Positions 59,377 to 64,000 of a DNA stretch of 64,000 nt are shown here, one piece after another; the first letter of the stretch is position 1, and each line of letters opens with the position of its first letter. Origin of the DNA: Gloeobacterales cyanobacterium (GTDB lineage Bacteria > Cyanobacteriota > Cyanobacteriia > Gloeobacterales > PMM-0068). The position numbers and the translations under genes are program-made. The stretch spans positions 32,001-96,000 of the forward strand of contig JBBRSB010000001.1 in NCBI GenBank assembly GCA_038245785.1, written 5' to 3'. A model generated the notes under the pieces. The model saw nothing but the letters and a program-made list of their open reading frames with translations, did not search any database and was not told the origin of the DNA.

Positions 59377-59482
59377 CCTTTGGGTCGAGGTAGGCTCACC
59401 AAGAAAGAGCCGTTTTCATCAGAGAACATCCAACATGGAAATTCATTATCAAAGGATAAGAATAGGGTTTTGTCCCCAACTG

Positions 59483-59509
59483 GAGGTAATTGACCAATGG
59501 CTAAAATAG
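59483..59509 (+). pseudogene. XisH C-terminal remnant
   Basis: EVIDQWLK* overlaps the XisI start as in intact xisH-xisI pairs; the rest of the gene is absent. Confidence 0.5.
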
Positions 59510-59832
59510 ATCAATACCGAGAGATTGTGCAAAAACTTCTGCAAGACTATGCCGACTTTAGCCGGGATGACTCAGAAGTCGAAACTGAACTCATTTGCGA
59601 TGCGACTAGAGATCATTACCAACTTGTTCATGTTGGTTGGCAAGGCGAGCGACGAGTCTATGGTTGCATTTTACACTTAGATATCAAAGACGAAAAAATC
59701 TGGATCCAACATAACGGTACAGAAAACGATATTGCGGAAGAACTCGTAGATATGGGTATTCCCAAAACCGATATCGTGATTGGCTTTCATTCTGCTTTCA
59801 AACGCCAGTTTACAGAATATGCCGTCAGTTAA
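59497..59832 (+). CDS. xisI: XisI family protein
   Basis: DHYQLVHVGW, HLDIKDEKIWIQHNGTE, GIPKTDIVIGFH. Confidence 0.92.
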   Translation: MAKIDQYREIVQKLLQDYADFSRDDSEVETELICDATRDHYQLVHVGWQGERRVYGCILHLDIKDEKIWIQHNGTENDIAEELVDMGIPKTDIVIGFHSAFKRQFTEYAVS

Positions 59833-59846
59833 TTAGAGGAAACCTT

Positions 59847-60080
59847 GTGAACATCATTAAACTCTTAAAAGACAACGAACATCAGTTCATCGATCTGCCC
59901 CAGAGTTATCAAATTGAGGGCGAAGAAGCTTATATCAAAAAAGTTGGCAACGTCATCCTTCTGATTCCCAAAGATAATCCCTGGCAAACCCTATTCAACA
60001 GCCTAGAATTGTTCTCCGATGACTTTATGGAACAGCGAAAACAGCCAGCCCAGCCAGAACGGGAGACATTATTTGAATGA
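59847..60080 (+). CDS. vapB: VapB-type antitoxin (AbrB/VagC-like)
   Basis: YIKKVGNVILLIP..W..FSDDFM..R.QP; ATGA overlap with vapC. Confidence 0.82.
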   Translation: MNIIKLLKDNEHQFIDLPQSYQIEGEEAYIKKVGNVILLIPKDNPWQTLFNSLELFSDDFMEQRKQPAQPERETLFE

Positions 60081-60481
60081 GGTTTTTGCTCGACACCAAT
60101 ATCTGTATATACATCATTAAACGCAAACCCCAACAGGTCATTGAGCGTTTTAATACCCTTCAGCCATCCGATATTGGCATCTCCTCTATCACCGTGGCAG
60201 AACTAGAATACGGTGCCAGCAAAAGTCAGAAGCCTGAACAGAATAAGGCTGCGTTGCAACAATTTCTGATTCCCCTGGAAATCCTCGTTTTCGATCAACA
60301 AGCGGCTCAAGTCTATGGAACAATCCGAGCTGATCTGGAGCGACAAGGGCAGGTCATCGGCTCTCTAGATATGCTAATTGCAGCACAGGCGAAAAGTGAA
60401 GACATAGTGCTTGTCACTAATAACGTTAGGGAATTTTCGCGGATTCCCGATTTGAAACTGGAGAACTGGGTAGATGGTTAG
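60077..60481 (+). CDS. vapC: VapC PIN-domain toxin
   Basis: LLDTNICIY, SITVAELEYG, DMLIAAQA, VTNNVREF. Confidence 0.94.
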   Translation: MRFLLDTNICIYIIKRKPQQVIERFNTLQPSDIGISSITVAELEYGASKSQKPEQNKAALQQFLIPLEILVFDQQAAQVYGTIRADLERQGQVIGSLDMLIAAQAKSEDIVLVTNNVREFSRIPDLKLENWVDG

Positions 60482-60738
60482 ATCTGGGCAATGCTCCAAG
60501 ATCGATGCTGATCCTTTTCGCAATGCTGAAAGCTATACGATTATCATCGCCGCCGCCACCGGCAAACTGAATGTTGGTGAGGAGGGCGCTGCATGACTTT
60601 GTGTGCAGCATGGATACGCCACACCTCCACAGGTGATCAGAAGTTGGTTTTGCCATTTCACAGAGGAAATTTAAGTCTCCCAATTTGAATGCATCAATAG
60701 ATATGACATTGGGTTCTCTAGACCAATCCGTCTAACGC

Positions 60739-61629
60739 TTAATACTCTAAAGCATTAGCCTCTATGCTCATAGTCTTACTTGCTTTTTGCTCATGAATTT
60801 CTAAGTGGCGGTGTAAATACTCTGTGACCAGTCCATGGAGCAATAGGTTGCGTGCAGCACTGAAAGGACTATTCGGCGCTAGAGGATGGCGATTGGTAAT
60901 CAGATGTAGGCCGTCTGCACTGCCCAGCAGGGTGGCGACATAGAGGCCAAAATTTTCATCGAACTGAAGCGATAACACAGCCCGTTCAAATTCTGCGCTG
61001 GTCAGACACAGAGAATAGAAAACTTTAAAGAGTTCTAGGGTTGATTCTAAATCGAGAATCTTCAGCCAGGAACGATTAGAAAAGTCAATGTCTATCTTAA
61101 TCGGTTGCAGACTGTCAAAGGTGATCCCTTCCTCTCTGACCTTTTGAAGCCACTGTGGATGCTCCTGTTGTGCCCTCGCATAATCAAAAACAAAATTGTA
61201 GAGAATCAGGTCATGTTCGAGGAAAGCATTCTCGACTAAATCATCAACAGTATGGGGATAAAGGATAGATCTTTGGATAGCAGGGTCCGGTCCATTATCA
61301 ATCAGAAAATTCACAATATTAGAACCGATACCGAGGTGTCGGACAATCAAATAACAAGCTTCAGGTGAAACAAAAGTATTTAGAAAAAAGGCTGCAGACC
61401 GATGCATAAATGAGTGAGCATTGAACTGAAAAGGCAAGAGGCGCTTGACAGTCATCACCAAGGCTAAGAGCAGGTTGGCCACTGCTTTGATCGGGAGGAG
61501 CAAATAGCTGCGGGTCCAACTCCGTAGATCCTTAATCATATAGGCTTTGACCACTGGATCTAGGGGAAGTGCCTGGTCTAGATAGAGCGCGTCCCAAGCA
61601 TCGGGGTTAAGCCGGTCATGGGGACCCAT
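60739..61629 (-). CDS. DUF6999-like hypothetical protein
   Basis: Start MGPHDRLNPDAWDALYLD overlaps the upstream stop (TAATG); IVRH, EHDLILYNF, EFERAVLSLQFDE. Confidence 0.7.
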   Translation of the reverse strand: MGPHDRLNPDAWDALYLDQALPLDPVVKAYMIKDLRSWTRSYLLLPIKAVANLLLALVMTVKRLLPFQFNAHSFMHRSAAFFLNTFVSPEACYLIVRHLGIGSNIVNFLIDNGPDPAIQRSILYPHTVDDLVENAFLEHDLILYNFVFDYARAQQEHPQWLQKVREEGITFDSLQPIKIDIDFSNRSWLKILDLESTLELFKVFYSLCLTSAEFERAVLSLQFDENFGLYVATLLGSADGLHLITNRHPLAPNSPFSAARNLLLHGLVTEYLHRHLEIHEQKASKTMSIEANALEY

Positions 61630-63500
61630 TACTGGATTTCCTCTAACTGCAACCGATAGAGTCGGGCCGTAACCTGAGCCGTCTTCACAATCGCTTGGGC
61701 AATCTCCAAGGTCATCCATTCCGCCTGGACTAAAGCGTTTAATTTACCCAAGTGGGACTCATCGTTATCCCCGTGATAGGCCAAGAAGGAAACCTGTTCC
61801 TGGGTTAAACCAAGGATTTGCTGGATGCGTGTGGCCCATTGCCCAGCCAGTTTATTGCCCAAGCCTTCAATGATGAACATGCTCCCGATAAGGTGAACGG
61901 GATTTTCTTTAGAGGCTTGATGGAAGATGAAGGATGAGAGAGCCTCACTGCCAATATTTTTCTCGGCTTGGGTGATTTCCTCTAACGCACCACCGACTGA
62001 GACATAGTTGCGCTCCAGCATCTGATAGTCGCGATGTTCATCCTGAGCATGACCAATGAAGGTAGAGCGCAGCTGAAAATCCGTCATATTGGAAGCGGCA
62101 CGGGCAATCCAACGGGCCCCTTCCACGACTTGAGGCCGTAGATTTTTTAAGAGGGCTTTGTAATCGGCAAGGGTAAATTCTCCCCGGTTAAGCTTGCGCA
62201 TAATAGGCACCGAGCGAAGATCCCGCTCAAATTCCAGCCAGGTGAGGGCTAATTGACGGAGCAGATATTCGGCAACAGAATTTTCTGGCTGCTGCTGGTC
62301 CAGGGGCGATGCAGCTATCGGCTGTGGCTGGGGAATTAATTCTGATTGAGACACCGGGACTCCTCTTGGTGAAGGTTCTACAACTGTTAGCATCAGATAT
62401 GCGGTAGTGAACCGCCCACTCTCTGGAACAAAACAAAAGATTTTTTGACCTGATTCTAACTTGCCTGAATGAAACAGCTCTTCCAGCATTAAATAAATAG
62501 AAGCACAGCCCGTATTGCCCCGCGTGTAGAGATTGGTAAACCACTTCTCTTCTGGAATCATACAGCCTGCTTTTTCCATCAGTTCTATCGTTTGGCTGCG
62601 GAAGAAGTGAGAAGAATAATGGCAGAGCATCCAATCTATTTCTTTGGGGAGTATTTTTCTATACTCAATTAGTTTTAAGAAACCCTCTACGCCCAGTCTG
62701 ACAATATGTTCTAAAAGACGTACATTTTGACGCAGATTGACAGCACCCGCTTCTGCTGCTTCCACGTAGGAAGGATAATTCATCCAGCTCTTTTGAGCTG
62801 TTTCATTTTCTGCTCCCGCATACATACAAACGGGATAGGCATTGGCATGGGAAACCAACTCAATCCATTCAATTTTTAGGCTGATCCCTTTAGAATTAGG
62901 ATGATTTTTGACTAAGAATGCTCCGGCTCCGTCGGAGAGCATCCAGCGCAGAAATTCAGTATCGAAGGATAGAGCTTTACCTGCTTTGACCCCATGCTCT
63001 GCTTCAAAATTTGAGTTTCTAAATAGACGAGAAGCCAGCTCTGAAGCAACGGAGATGGCGGCTGCTCGCTTGCCTAATTCCACTTGAGCAACGGCATACT
63101 TTAGGGCCGTTACTCCGGCACAACAAACGCCATGGGTCGAAATGATTTCTAAAGGAGGAAATTCAGGCAATTCACCATGAACCATGCTGGCAAATCCTGG
63201 CACCAATAAATCAGGCCAGGTGGTTCCTACACACAGCAAATCAATGGCGGCAGGTTCTAGATTTGCATGAGTCAGGGTATCTCTGACAGCATAGGCAGCC
63301 ATCTGGCTATTGCGATAGGTCGTATTTTGATTCTGGTCTAGCGCATAATAGCGCTGCTGAATACCATTGCTTTTGAGAATGCGATTCTTAACCTTAGACT
63401 TTTGACCATTTACTTTTCCTAAATAGTCTTCCATCTGGTCGTTACTAATCGGGCTGCCCGGTAAAAATTTCCCGATACTATTGATGTAGGCATGGTACAT
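61629..63500 (-). CDS. StlD/DarB-type KAS III ketosynthase fused to a heme-oxygenase-like (iron-containing redox) domain
   Basis: KAS III triad GVCCAG / CHYSS / GNTG, FLRWMLSDGAGA, VPESGRF; C-terminal HAQDEHRD, IIEGLG, YHGDNDESH. Confidence 0.88.
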   Translation of the reverse strand: MYHAYINSIGKFLPGSPISNDQMEDYLGKVNGQKSKVKNRILKSNGIQQRYYALDQNQNTTYRNSQMAAYAVRDTLTHANLEPAAIDLLCVGTTWPDLLVPGFASMVHGELPEFPPLEIISTHGVCCAGVTALKYAVAQVELGKRAAAISVASELASRLFRNSNFEAEHGVKAGKALSFDTEFLRWMLSDGAGAFLVKNHPNSKGISLKIEWIELVSHANAYPVCMYAGAENETAQKSWMNYPSYVEAAEAGAVNLRQNVRLLEHIVRLGVEGFLKLIEYRKILPKEIDWMLCHYSSHFFRSQTIELMEKAGCMIPEEKWFTNLYTRGNTGCASIYLMLEELFHSGKLESGQKIFCFVPESGRFTTAYLMLTVVEPSPRGVPVSQSELIPQPQPIAASPLDQQQPENSVAEYLLRQLALTWLEFERDLRSVPIMRKLNRGEFTLADYKALLKNLRPQVVEGARWIARAASNMTDFQLRSTFIGHAQDEHRDYQMLERNYVSVGGALEEITQAEKNIGSEALSSFIFHQASKENPVHLIGSMFIIEGLGNKLAGQWATRIQQILGLTQEQVSFLAYHGDNDESHLGKLNALVQAEWMTLEIAQAIVKTAQVTARLYRLQLEEIQ

Positions 63501-63578
63501 TGCGATCTTCTTGATGGGAAAACTTTACGGAGAGAAGATAAGAAGTTAAACTTAGCTGCGGTATAAGCTTTGATTACT

Positions 63579-64000
63579 ATGGTGTATCAAGTGGATAACC
63601 AATCTGAAAGCTTGACCTTGGAGCAAGGACTAAAGAAATACTATCAAGCTAATCCTGACTTTGTACAGAACAAAGACTTTTGGGTTGGTTGGATACATAT
63701 TCCCTGGTGTGATATGCATCGGCATGACATCATGCATGTTGTTACAGGCTATAGCACTGAACTGGATCAAGAGCTGCAGCTGATTGGCTTTTTACTAACC
63801 GCAATTACCTGGCGGAGACCCTGGTACTACTATCTTCAAAGCTTTGGTGTGTTCTTAGAACTATTGGGCAAGTCCTTCGGCGGAAAATCCCTCGGATCTA
63901 CTTACTACAATCCCCTCAAGGTTTGCCGACTATATTTCAAAGGAGTAGCTCAGGGCTTTACCGTATCTCAAAAGATCAACGCCTACATTGAGCCCAGCAC
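63579..64000 (+). CDS. Coq4-like metalloprotein (partial, runs off the window)
   Basis: Manual translation MVYQVDNQSESLTLEQGLKKYY..RHDIMHVVTGYSTELDQE = HDxxH-x11-E; open to the window end; not in the ORF track. Confidence 0.72.
   Translation, partial: MVYQVDNQSESLTLEQGLKKYYQANPDFVQNKDFWVGWIHIPWCDMHRHDIMHVVTGYSTELDQELQLIGFLLTAITWRRPWYYYLQSFGVFLELLGKSFGGKSLGSTYYNPLKVCRLYFKGVAQGFTVSQKINAYIEPS

Larger units (their letters stand above)
59340..60761. mobile_element. Decayed integrated islet bounded by a 40-bp direct repeat of the mutT 3' end
   Basis: 59340-59379 versus 60722-60761, 34 of 40 identical; cargo is TA and defence fragments; no integrase. Confidence 0.75.

Noticed and set aside
60426..60683. 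85-aa minus-strand ORF after vapC
   Set aside because: No recognisable features; plus-strand fragments with an RBS explain the region better
1..64000. CRISPR array, rRNA, intact transposase or integrase
   Set aside because: No regularly spaced repeats, rRNA sequence or recombinase motifs seen

Overview
64 kb of a cyanobacterial chromosome (psaD, plmA, desC, plqA/ubiA, Ycf36/CGLD27, Tic20, TIGR02652, XisI, Uma2, DUF29). A divergent, C-terminally extended PsaD, a near absence of HIP1 octamers and a full-length LonA suggest an early-branching, Gloeobacterales-like lineage (inference). Most of the window is housekeeping: a MacAB-like exporter, pepP, ribH, plsC, tRNA-Ala(GGC), rsmB, priA, hom, amtB, lon, prolyl oligopeptidase, yebC and mutT. 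The best candidates for new biology are: (1) a promoter, direct-repeat operator, 63-codon leader ORF, antiterminator and terminator in front of an HNH nuclease plus alr0857-family operon, which looks like a ribosome-sensing attenuator (53.3-54.6 kb); (2) a DarB/StlD-type ketosynthase fused to a heme-oxygenase-like diiron domain, coupled to a DUF6999-like gene and divergent from a Coq4-motif gene missed by the ORF track (60.7-64 kb); (3) a 1.4 kb islet bounded by a 40-bp duplication of the mutT 3' end; (4) three toxin-antitoxin loci whose toxin is broken; (5) a P450 lacking the canonical I-helix acid-alcohol pair. All family calls come from motif recognition by eye; no searches were run.
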